Source of the DNA: an uncultured Candidatus Binatia bacterium
GTDB lineage: Bacteria; Desulfobacterota; Binatia; UBA9968; JAJDTQ01
Direction: 5' to 3'
Length of the DNA: 64,000 nt
Assembly (NCBI GenBank): GCA_965215605.1
Contig: OZ244070.1
Span: 1,344,001-1,408,000 of the forward strand
Numbering within the stretch: position 1 is the first letter of the stretch; each line of letters begins with the position of its first letter. The notes beneath the pieces were generated by a model. The model was not told where the DNA came from, ran no database searches, and worked only from the letters and a program-made list of their open reading frames with translations. The translations under genes were made by a program, and so were the position numbers. Positions 12,737 to 21,290 of this stretch are shown here, one piece after another.

Positions 12737-13654
12737 TCACACCAGCGTCAGCCAGTGCAGGTAGCCCTCGTCCCGCCCCCGGATGACGTCGAAGAAAGCC
12801 TGCTGCAGATCGAGGGTCACCGGCCCGGGCCTGCCCTCGCCGATGGCCCGGTCGTCCACCTCCCGGATGGGAGTCACCTCGGCCGCGGTGCCGGTGAGGA
12901 AGGCCTCGTCGGCGATGTAGAGGGCGTCCCGGGCGAAGCGTTCCTCGTGGACCCGGTATCCCTTGGCGCGGGCCAGCTCGATGACGCTGGCCCGGTTGAT
13001 GCCGGGGAGGATGGAAGTCACGGGCGCGGTCCTCAGCTCCCCGTCCTTCACGATGAAGAGGTTCTCGCCGCTGGCCTCCGAGACGCACCCTTCGGGGTCG
13101 AGCATGATGGCCTCGTCGTAACCCGCCTGCTTCACCTCGTGCTTGGCCAGCACCGAGTTCACGTAGTTGCCCGAGATCTTGCTGTTGGTCATCGTCACGT
13201 TGACGTGATGCCGGGTATAGGAAGACACCTTGGCGCGGATGCCCCGCTTGAGACCCTCGTCCCCCAGGTACGCCCCCCAGGCCCACGCCGCCACGATGAC
13301 CCGCACCGGGTTGTTGAGCGCGTACAGCCCCATCTCGCCGTCGCCCACGAACGCCAGCGGCCGGATGTAGCACTCCTTCAGCCGGTTGACCCGGATCACC
13401 TCCAGAATCGCCTCGGTCATCTGCTCGATGCCGTACGGCAGGGGGGTGCCCAGGATGTGTCCCGAATCCCGGAAACGTTTGACGTGCTCGGCCAGCCGGA
13501 AGACCGCCGACCGCTCGTCCTCCAGCGAATAGCAGCGAATTCCCTCGAAATAGGCGGTGCCGTAGTGGAGCGCATGGCTCATGACATGGAACCGGGCGTC
13601 ATCCCAGTCCACCAGCTCCCCGTCCATCCAAATCTTGTCACTCCTCAGAGACAT
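12737..13654 (-). CDS. ilvE: Branched-chain amino acid aminotransferase
   Basis: IWMDGELV, HALHYG..FEGIR, SKISGNY (PLP lysine), EASGENLF, ILPGI, GTAAEVTP. Confidence 0.95.
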   Translation of the reverse strand: MSLRSDKIWMDGELVDWDDARFHVMSHALHYGTAYFEGIRCYSLEDERSAVFRLAEHVKRFRDSGHILGTPLPYGIEQMTEAILEVIRVNRLKECYIRPLAFVGDGEMGLYALNNPVRVIVAAWAWGAYLGDEGLKRGIRAKVSSYTRHHVNVTMTNSKISGNYVNSVLAKHEVKQAGYDEAIMLDPEGCVSEASGENLFIVKDGELRTAPVTSILPGINRASVIELARAKGYRVHEERFARDALYIADEAFLTGTAAEVTPIREVDDRAIGEGRPGPVTLDLQQAFFDVIRGRDEGYLHWLTLV

Positions 13655-13773
13655 CGAGACTCCCCGAAATGCGTTTCCCACGCAAGCCCGTTAACGAAAA
13701 AGGGCCACCACGCCAACGCGATGGTGGCCGCCACGGGTTCATATTTCTTCAGATTCGGTGTGGAATGTCAATC

Positions 13774-14871
13774 TCATGGCGGCGCCTGGAGGCCATCCTC
13801 CCGGTCGTCGCGGGACTCCGCGGCGCACGGAAAAACGATGAGCTCAGCGGGCCGGACCGTGACCTTGACCCGGGTTCCGGCCACGAGGGCGCGGGTGGAC
13901 GGCTGGCTGCTGCGCAGGCGCGTCCCGGACCGCAGCGTGATGTGGTAGAGGTTCTCGGCGCCCCGGAACCGGCGGCGCGACACCACCCCATCGCCGTCGT
14001 CGGAGGGTTCGAACTCCACCTCGTCAGGCCGCACCACCAGGTCGACCCTGGCGCCGGCGGGCAGGCCGGCGTCGTTGGGGAACCTCCCCACTTCGGTCTC
14101 GATGGCGTCGCCCACCACCCCCGGAATGAAATCCGACTGGCCCACGAACTCCGCGACGAAGCGCGTGCACGGCCGGCGGTAGAGCACCTCCGGCTCGGAC
14201 AGCTGCTCGAGACGCCCCTGGTTCAGCACCCCGACCCGATCGGCCACCGCCAAGGCCTCCTCCTGGTCGTGGGTCACCATGATGGCGCTGGTCTCCGACG
14301 CGCGCAGGATCCGAAGCAGCTCGTCGCGCATCTCGGCTCTCATATCGACGTCGAGATTGCTGAAGGGCTCGTCGAGAAGCAGCACCAGGGGACCCGGCGC
14401 CAGCGCCCGGGCCAGGGCCACCCGCTGCTGCTGGCCGCCGGAAAGCTCGTGGGGATAGCGGTGCGCCAGCTCGGCCATCCCCACCACGCTGAGCATGTCC
14501 CGCGCGGCATCGGCCCGTGACTGCCGGGACCCGTTCCGGAGCCCGAACATGACGTTGTCCAGCAGCGTCAGGTGCGGGAACAGCGCGTAGTCCTGGAAGA
14601 CCATGCCGATGCGCCTTTGCTCGGGCTCGATCCACATGCCCTCGCCCGACACCGGAGCTCCGTTGAGCAGGATCCTGCCGCTGTCGGGCCGGTCGAAGCC
14701 CGCAATCAGGCGCAGCGTCGTGGTCTTGCCGGAGCCGCTGGGGCCCAGCAACGCGAGAATCTCGTTCCGCCCCAGGGCGAAGCTCAATCCGGAGACCGCC
14801 GCCGGACTGCCGGGCTCGTGGCTCTTCCAGACGTCCTCGAGGGTGACGAGGCTGGCGGCCGCGGCGTCCAT
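13774..14871 (-). CDS. ABC transporter ATP-binding subunit (FbpC/PotA-like, C-terminal TOBE-like region)
   Basis: GPSGSGKT, VFQDYALFPH, LSGGQQQR, LLLDEP. Confidence 0.9.
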   Translation of the reverse strand: MDAAAASLVTLEDVWKSHEPGSPAAVSGLSFALGRNEILALLGPSGSGKTTTLRLIAGFDRPDSGRILLNGAPVSGEGMWIEPEQRRIGMVFQDYALFPHLTLLDNVMFGLRNGSRQSRADAARDMLSVVGMAELAHRYPHELSGGQQQRVALARALAPGPLVLLLDEPFSNLDVDMRAEMRDELLRILRASETSAIMVTHDQEEALAVADRVGVLNQGRLEQLSEPEVLYRRPCTRFVAEFVGQSDFIPGVVGDAIETEVGRFPNDAGLPAGARVDLVVRPDEVEFEPSDDGDGVVSRRRFRGAENLYHITLRSGTRLRSSQPSTRALVAGTRVKVTVRPAELIVFPCAAESRDDREDGLQAPP

Positions 14872-14876
14872 CGGCC

Positions 14877-16199
14877 TCACGCTTCCCGCACGGCGGCGGC
14901 GCCCTCGCCGGTCTCCAGCCACCAGCGTTCCAGGTCCCGCAGGGACCGTTCGGCCATGAGTTCCTTCTTGCGCCGGCCCCGGACCCTGCCGGGCAGATTC
15001 GGAAACAGGCCGAAGTTGACGTTCATGGGCTGGAAGCCTTCCCGCCCGGTATCGGAGATGTACTGGAGCAGTGATCCCAGGGCGGTGGTGCCGGGCGGCG
15101 TCACCGGCTTCGTCCCGGCCGCCAGCCGGGCGGCGTTGACGCCCGCCAGCAGCCCCGACGCCGCCGACTCGATGTATCCCTCGACGCCGGTGATCTGGCC
15201 GGCGAAGAAGAGCCGCGGCGCCCCGCGCCACTGCAGCGTCGGCAACAGGTGCCGGGGCGCGTTGATGAAGGTGTTCCGGTGCAGGCTGCCGTAGCGCACG
15301 AACACGGCCTTGGCCAGCCCCGGTATCAGCGAGAACACCCGCTTCTGCTCGGGATACGTCATCTTGGTCTGGAAGCCCACGAGGTTGTACAGCGTGCCCT
15401 CGCGGTTTTCCTGCCGCAACTGAACCACCGCGTAGGGTCTCTGGCCGGAAGCCGGATCCACCAGCCCGGTGGGCCTCATGGGGCCGAACGCCAGCGTCTC
15501 CCGTCCGCGCCGGGCCATCTCCTCCACCGGCAGGCATCCCTCGAAGAAACGCTCGAAGCTTCGCACCGGCACCTTCTCCGCCGCCACCACCTCATCCACC
15601 AGCCGGTAGTACTCCTCCCGGGTCAACGGCAGGTTCAGGTAGTCGCCGGGCCGCTCATCGTAACGGGACGCCCGGAACGCCACCGACGAATCCACGGACT
15701 CCGCGGTGAGCACCGGGGAGATGGCGTCGTAGTAGTAGAGATGCTCCGCCCCCAGAAGCTCCCGCAGGCGCTCCGAGAGGGGATCGGCGGTGAGCGGTCC
15801 GGTGGCGATGATGGCCGGCCCCGGCGGCACGGCGTCGAGTTCCCGGCGGATCAGGCGCAGGCCGGGCAGGGAAGACATGCGTTCGGAAACGGCCTCGGCG
15901 AAGCGGATCCGGTCCACTGCCAGGGCGGACCCCGCCGGCACCCGGTGGGCCTCCCCGAGGGTAATGATCAGGGAGCCCATGCGCCGCATCTCTTCCTTCA
16001 GCAGCCCGGCCCCGGTGGTCAACGACTGCGAACGGAACGAGTTGCTGCACACCAGCTCTGCCAGATGGCCAGTGGTATGGGCCGCGGTCCCGGTGACCGG
16101 CCGCATCTCGTACAGGTCCACCGGCACCCCCCGTCTGACGAGTTGCCAAGCGGCCTCGCACCCCGCGAGGCCGCCCCCCACCACATTGACACGCTCCAT
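14877..16199 (-). CDS. trmFO: FAD-dependent tRNA m5U54 methyltransferase
   Basis: GGGLAGCEAAWQL, AELVCSNS, YYYDAISP, FFEGCLPVE, HRNTFIN, AGQITGVEGY, FQPMNVNFG. Confidence 0.96.
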   Translation of the reverse strand: MERVNVVGGGLAGCEAAWQLVRRGVPVDLYEMRPVTGTAAHTTGHLAELVCSNSFRSQSLTTGAGLLKEEMRRMGSLIITLGEAHRVPAGSALAVDRIRFAEAVSERMSSLPGLRLIRRELDAVPPGPAIIATGPLTADPLSERLRELLGAEHLYYYDAISPVLTAESVDSSVAFRASRYDERPGDYLNLPLTREEYYRLVDEVVAAEKVPVRSFERFFEGCLPVEEMARRGRETLAFGPMRPTGLVDPASGQRPYAVVQLRQENREGTLYNLVGFQTKMTYPEQKRVFSLIPGLAKAVFVRYGSLHRNTFINAPRHLLPTLQWRGAPRLFFAGQITGVEGYIESAASGLLAGVNAARLAAGTKPVTPPGTTALGSLLQYISDTGREGFQPMNVNFGLFPNLPGRVRGRRKKELMAERSLRDLERWWLETGEGAAAVREA

Positions 16200-16207
16200 G
16201 TTGTCGT

Positions 16208-17398
16208 TCATCCCGAACCCGAAACAGCGCCGCCGGCTACGGCAGAGTTTAGCGCATATCTGTTTCCTGGCAACTGCCGGAGCAGACCCTGCAGCTCCAT
16301 TTCCAAAAGTACCTCGCAGACCCGGTGCGGCGGGAGGCCCGTCCGGTGGATCACCTCGTCCATTTGCAGCGGTCCCGCCTCCAGGTCCCGCAGGATCGCT
16401 CCGGCGGCGCCGCCGAGGGGAGCCGTTCCGAGCGAAGCCCGGTCCGGACCCGCGGGCGGGGCAGGCGCGAATGCCGGCTCCGCCGCCAGTTGCGGCGCGA
16501 TCTCCTCGATGATGTCGCCGAGATCCTCTACCAGCTTGGCGCCCTCGCGGATCAGCCGGTGCGGTCCCCGGCTGCGTCCGGCCCCCGCCGGACCGGGCAC
16601 CGCGAACACCTCCCGGCCCTGCTCCAACGCCAACCGGGCGGTGATCAGCGAACCGCTCCGCTCGGTGGCCTCCACCACCACCACGCCCAGCGAGAGGCCG
16701 CTGATGATACGGTTGCGGGCGGGGAAGTGGTGCGGCAGCGGACGGGTCCCCAAGGGGTGCTCGGAGAGCACGACGCCGTTCTCCTCGATGCGGCGGCAGA
16801 GATCCCGGTGTTCGGGCGGATAGGGTACGTCCACTGCCGATCCGAGCACCGCCACGGTGCACCCGCCGCCGGACAGCGTGGTCTCGTGGGCCTCGCCGTC
16901 GATGCCCCGGGCCATGCCGCTGACCACGGCGATGCCGGCGGCCGCCAACCCCCGGCACAGGAGCCGGGTCATCTCGCGGCCGTACTCGCTCGGCGCCCGG
17001 GTCCCCACCACCCCCACGGCGGCGCGCCCGGCCGCCTCCGGCGACCCCCGGGCGTACAGTACCGGGGGCGGGTCGTGGATGGCGCGCAGGCGCTCCGGGT
17101 ACGACGCGTCGGAGTAGCGCACCAGCCGGACCCCGGCCTCCCGCACCCGGCGCATCTCGTCGGCCAGGCGGTCCCATTCGGAAAAGCCCAACAGCCCGTC
17201 CACCGCGGCGCGGGTCAGGCCGGGGACCTCCCGCAACGCTCCGCGGCCGCTGAAGAACGCGTCCGCGGGGTCCGCAAAGGACTCCGCGATGCGCCGGAAG
17301 CCGACAGACCCGAGCCCCGGCACCCGGCCGAAGGCCAGCCAGGCCAGCTCCCGCCGGCCGACGCCCGGCACCATAGTGTCCTGTCCCACGTAATTCAT
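16208..17398 (-). CDS. dprA: DNA-processing protein DprA (start uncertain)
   Basis: YPERL..IHDPPPVLY, VVGTR, VSGMARGID, FPARNRIISGLS, SGSLITA, C-terminal winged helix. Confidence 0.94.
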   Translation of the reverse strand: MNYVGQDTMVPGVGRRELAWLAFGRVPGLGSVGFRRIAESFADPADAFFSGRGALREVPGLTRAAVDGLLGFSEWDRLADEMRRVREAGVRLVRYSDASYPERLRAIHDPPPVLYARGSPEAAGRAAVGVVGTRAPSEYGREMTRLLCRGLAAAGIAVVSGMARGIDGEAHETTLSGGGCTVAVLGSAVDVPYPPEHRDLCRRIEENGVVLSEHPLGTRPLPHHFPARNRIISGLSLGVVVVEATERSGSLITARLALEQGREVFAVPGPAGAGRSRGPHRLIREGAKLVEDLGDIIEEIAPQLAAEPAFAPAPPAGPDRASLGTAPLGGAAGAILRDLEAGPLQMDEVIHRTGLPPHRVCEVLLEMELQGLLRQLPGNRYALNSAVAGGAVSGSG

Positions 17399-17533
17399 TA
17401 CCAATCTGCTTGTCTTTCTTGTCGTCGGCTGCGTTGCTCTTCCTCGCGTGGTAACGGCCACTGCTCGTCATCGCGCCTTGCCGACAACAAGAAATCCTGC
17501 GCATCTTCGTAAAGAACTACGTGGGACAGGACA

Positions 17534-18877
17534 CTAGTGTCCTGTCCGGCCCGCCCGCGGCCGCAGGGTCAGGCGCAACGGCGTGTGCTCGAGCCCCAAC
17601 TCCGCGCGCAGCGCCTTGACGAGGTAACGCCGGTAGCCGTCGCCGACGCCCTCCGGATGGTTGACGAACAGCCTGAACGTCGGCGGCCGCACGTCCGTCT
17701 GGGTGCCGTAGTAGAACTTCACCGGCCGCCCGCGGAACTGCGGCGCGGCGTGGCGCTCGGTGAGCCGGTGCAGCGCGCGGTTGAGCGCCGGGGTCTTGAT
17801 CCAACGGCGCTGGTCGCTGCCCGCCCGGATCACCGTATCCATCAGCTTCGTCATGCCCGACCCCTCCAATGCCGATATAGAAACTATCGGCACATGATCG
17901 GCAAACGGTAGCCGGCGGCGCAAAAAATCCTGGTAGGTCCGGAGGCTCAGTTGGTCCGTATCCAGCAGATCCCACTTGTTGATGCCCAGGACCGTGGCCT
18001 TGCCCCGCTGGAAGGCATAGGACATGACCTGCGCGTCCTGGTCCGTGACCCCCTCGGAACCGTCCAGCAGGTGAATGACCACGTCGCCGGCGTCCACCGA
18101 GCGCAACGCCCGGCTCACGCTGTAGCGTTCCACCGGGTCCACCACCCGGGCCTTGCGCCGGATGCCGGCCGTGTCCGTCAGACGGCAGGGGTTGCCGCGC
18201 CAGGTGAAGGAAGCCTGGAGCGCGTCCCGGGTGGTGCCGGGCTGCGAGTCCACCAGCGAGCGGTCGTAGCCCAACAGCCGGTTCACCAGCGTGGACTTGC
18301 CCACGTTGGGCCGGCCCACCACCGCCAGGGCCAGGGGCTCGGCGGCCTCGGGGGTTGCCTCGCGGTCCCCGGGCAGGGCGTCTACCACCTCCTGCATGAG
18401 GTCTGCGACCCCCAGCCCATGCTCCGCCGAAAGCGGGAACAGCCGTTCCACGCCGAGTTGGTAGAACTCGTAGAGGTCGCTCTCCCGGGGGCCGGTGTCC
18501 AGCTTGTTGACGGCGTAGAACACGGGCTTGGGCGCCCGCCGCAGGAGCTCCGCCGCGGCCGTGTCCAGCGGCGTCGGCCCGGCGCGGCCGTCCAGCAGGA
18601 ACACGATGACGTCGGCCTCGTCCACCGCCGTCAGGGTCTGGTGCAGGATACGTCCCTTGAGTCCCTCGGTTTCGTCCGGCTCCAGCCCGCCGGTGTCCAC
18701 CAGCATGAAGCGGTGGCGGCGCCACGCCGCCGGGTTGTAGTTCCGGTCGCGGGTCACCCCCGGCTGGTCGTCCACGATGGCGCGGCGGGCCCGGCTCAGG
18801 CGGTTGAACAGCGTCGACTTGCCCACGTTGGGCCGGCCCACGATGGCCACCACCGGCATGTTTTCGGGAGTGCTCAT
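17534..18877 (-). CDS. der: Ribosome biogenesis GTPase Der/EngA
   Basis: Two GRPNVGKS G1 motifs, DTGG and DTAG, NKLD and NKWD. Confidence 0.96.
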   Translation of the reverse strand: MSTPENMPVVAIVGRPNVGKSTLFNRLSRARRAIVDDQPGVTRDRNYNPAAWRRHRFMLVDTGGLEPDETEGLKGRILHQTLTAVDEADVIVFLLDGRAGPTPLDTAAAELLRRAPKPVFYAVNKLDTGPRESDLYEFYQLGVERLFPLSAEHGLGVADLMQEVVDALPGDREATPEAAEPLALAVVGRPNVGKSTLVNRLLGYDRSLVDSQPGTTRDALQASFTWRGNPCRLTDTAGIRRKARVVDPVERYSVSRALRSVDAGDVVIHLLDGSEGVTDQDAQVMSYAFQRGKATVLGINKWDLLDTDQLSLRTYQDFLRRRLPFADHVPIVSISALEGSGMTKLMDTVIRAGSDQRRWIKTPALNRALHRLTERHAAPQFRGRPVKFYYGTQTDVRPPTFRLFVNHPEGVGDGYRRYLVKALRAELGLEHTPLRLTLRPRAGRTGH

Positions 18878-18895
18878 GTTCGAGGATGCATCGCG

Positions 18896-18966
18896 CCCCT
18901 TGGCTTCGCCTCGCGCGTAATCCCGCTCGTCCCAGGGCGGGGCGTAGCCCCAGCGGAGCGAAGGGG
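18896..18966. repeat. Intergenic imperfect inverted repeat
   Basis: Arms CCCCTTGGCTTCGC and GCGGAGCGAAGGGG (12/14 complementary) with an inner GGGGC-GTA-GCCCC hairpin. Confidence 0.4.
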
Positions 18967-18973
18967 AAGGATC

Positions 18974-19912
18974 TTACAGGCCGAAAGCCTCCAGGCTCCG
19001 GGGGTCCCGGCTCCAGCCGGGGGTGGCCTTGACCGCGAGGTCCAGGTAGACGCGGCAGCCGAGCAGGCGCTCCAGGTCCTCCCGCGCCGCGCTGCCGATC
19101 TCCTTCAGCGCCGCGCCGCGTTTGCCGATGAGGATCGGCTTGTGGCTCTCCCGCTCGGTGTGGATGGTGGCGGCGATGACCACCAGGGCGCCGCCGTCCT
19201 TTTCCTCGAAGCTCCGGACCGAGACCGCGGTGCCGTAGGGTATCTCCTGGCGGGTGCGCAGGAACACCTTCTCCCGGACGATCTCGGCCGCGATGAACCG
19301 CTCCGTCTGGTCGGTCAACTCGTCCTCCGGGAAGTAGCGGGGGCCGGACGGCAGCCGCTTCAGCATCCCCTCCACCAGGAGCGCCACGTTCTCGCCCGTC
19401 CGGGCGCTGATGGGCACGATCTCCCGCTCCGGCAACAGCTCCGCCAACCGCGCCATCACCGGCAGCAGGCGTCCCTTGGACACCGCGTCGATCTTGTTGA
19501 GCGCGATCAGGGTCTCGCGCCGGCTTCCGGAAAGGATCCCGGCGATGTCCTCGTCGTCCCCACGAAGTCCGCTGGTGGCGTCCACCACCCACACCACCGC
19601 CTCCACGTCCCCGAGAGCGCGCTTGGCCACGTCCACCATCCGCCGGTTCAAAAGCGACCGGGCGCGGTGGATCCCCGGGGTGTCCAGCAACAGGATCTGC
19701 CCCTCCGGCAGGGTCTTGATGCCCATGATCCGGTTCCGGGTGGTCTGGGGCCGGGGCGAGACGATGGCGATCTTCTCCCCCAGCAACTGGTTCAGCAGCG
19801 TGGACTTGCCCACGTTGGGCCGCCCCAGGATCGAGACGAAGCCCGACCGGAAATCCGCCGGGAGGACGGCTGCCGGTTCCTGCTGCCCGTGTATGGACTC
19901 GGTTTCGGCCAT
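18974..19912 (-). CDS. era: GTPase Era
   Basis: SGFVSILGRPNVGKSTL, PQTTR, DTPG, NKID, KH domain with ILIGKRG. Confidence 0.96.
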   Translation of the reverse strand: MAETESIHGQQEPAAVLPADFRSGFVSILGRPNVGKSTLLNQLLGEKIAIVSPRPQTTRNRIMGIKTLPEGQILLLDTPGIHRARSLLNRRMVDVAKRALGDVEAVVWVVDATSGLRGDDEDIAGILSGSRRETLIALNKIDAVSKGRLLPVMARLAELLPEREIVPISARTGENVALLVEGMLKRLPSGPRYFPEDELTDQTERFIAAEIVREKVFLRTRQEIPYGTAVSVRSFEEKDGGALVVIAATIHTERESHKPILIGKRGAALKEIGSAAREDLERLLGCRVYLDLAVKATPGWSRDPRSLEAFGL

Positions 19913-20060
19913 CGATCCATTATGGCACGGCCGGAGGGCAGGTCAATCGGAGGGCTCAACGAGTGCGGGCCGGCAGGACGACGGCGTTTCCAGACGGCTT
20001 GAACTGCACCATGAGGGGCGGCAAGGGCCATGTACACTGCCGCCGCCCTGGTTCCCTGGT

Positions 20061-20771
20061 TCAGAATCTGAACGTCACGCCCAACTCGACGTTGTGGGCC
20101 AGGTAAGACGCTTCCATGCCATCGAAGTCGGGCTTGGTGGAACCCGTAAACCTGTAGCCGACCCCGAGCTCGAATGTCTCGATGGGGTACTTGACTCCAA
20201 GCATGAACTGGTAACCGAAAGTCTTGTCCGTAGTCCCATCCAGGCTGAAGCCCGGCAAGTGGGGAAATGTGATGTCGGTGACCTTGTGTCGCACCCAACC
20301 GAGGCCGGCGCCTGCATAAGGAAGCACCGGGAGCTTCAGTTCCTGGAAAACGTAGAGCGCATTGACCATCACGGACATGTTGCTCGCCTTGCCTTTCGTC
20401 TTGCTTTTCACCTTGTTCGTCAGTTCGACGGTCTGTTCGGTGCCTTCGGTGTCCGTATAAGTATAGGTGACCGGATCGACCTCGATATACTTGATGTCGA
20501 ACTCTCGGTAGCCGATTTCGAGTTCACTTCTCCATCCGTTCCCAAAGACGTATCCACCTGCCAGGGTGAAGCCGAATGCGGATTTGATGCCGGCCCTGCT
20601 GAGCCTGACGCCGAGCGTATCGTCCCTCTCGTCCGTCAACTTTGAATCCCGCGGCGCAACCAACGCGCCAGTGACAGACGCGTATGGCCCCGCCTGTTCG
20701 GCTCCGAGTGCTCCCGCGGCGGACATCACCCATACGAGCGCTGCCAGCACTGCTGCGATTTCCTTGTGCAT
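20061..20771 (-). CDS. Outer-membrane beta-barrel protein (OmpA/OmpW-like 8-strand, surface-antigen type)
   Basis: Signal peptide, alternating beta-strands, PYAGAGLG, C-terminal GVTFRF; GGAG upstream; visibly more AT-rich than neighbours. Confidence 0.8.
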   Translation of the reverse strand: MHKEIAAVLAALVWVMSAAGALGAEQAGPYASVTGALVAPRDSKLTDERDDTLGVRLSRAGIKSAFGFTLAGGYVFGNGWRSELEIGYREFDIKYIEVDPVTYTYTDTEGTEQTVELTNKVKSKTKGKASNMSVMVNALYVFQELKLPVLPYAGAGLGWVRHKVTDITFPHLPGFSLDGTTDKTFGYQFMLGVKYPIETFELGVGYRFTGSTKPDFDGMEASYLAHNVELGVTFRF

Positions 20772-21109
20772 GACTCCCTCCTGCGTTGAATGTGCCACGG
20801 CCAAGCAAACCGCCGGGCCGCTGAACGCACTTCAACAGGAGTTGAAGTGTTTCCGCCCATTCGCCAAGGCTCAGTAGCTCCTCAGTACCAGGCACAGGTT
20901 CTGGTATTCCGCGGAAGACCCGACACACGAGCGCCCGGCTGGATGCGTTTCGATAGAGGGTTAGGAAGAGTAAGCGGAGATGTCAAGGGCCACACTTCCA
21001 CAGTCCTGCCGGGCGCAGACCGGAATGGGATGGCGTTTCACCCTGGTGCGCACGGCATTGTCACCGGCGTTGACTTTGTGATGGCCCATATTTTGCTCGG
21101 AAGTGAAGG

Positions 21110-21290
21110 ATGCGATGGTACAGGTACGTCGAAGACTCCGAATGGGACGATATAAACAATAGCGGGATGCTGAAAGCCGGGCGCAATAGCTGCGGATCCG
21201 GCAAGTGGTTGGCCGGCAGCGAGGCGGCTGCCTGGCAGTGGGGGCGAGCACTCGACGACGGCCTTGCCGGGACTGCGGCGGCGAGCAGGG
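21110..21290 (+). pseudogene. Possible truncated gene remnant in the AT-richer insert
   Basis: MRWYRYVEDSEWDDINNSGMLKAGRNSCGSGKWLA... reads like real protein but runs into the 3' end of the convergent VWA gene. Confidence 0.3.

Noticed and set aside
14877-17504. Apparent long N-terminal extensions of trmFO (likewise aceF, DUF58, the GlmL-like protein, the nitrilase and amgK) as fusions
   Set aside because: The extensions are Arg/Gly/Pro-rich alternative frames of neighbouring genes; internal starts fit the family N-termini.
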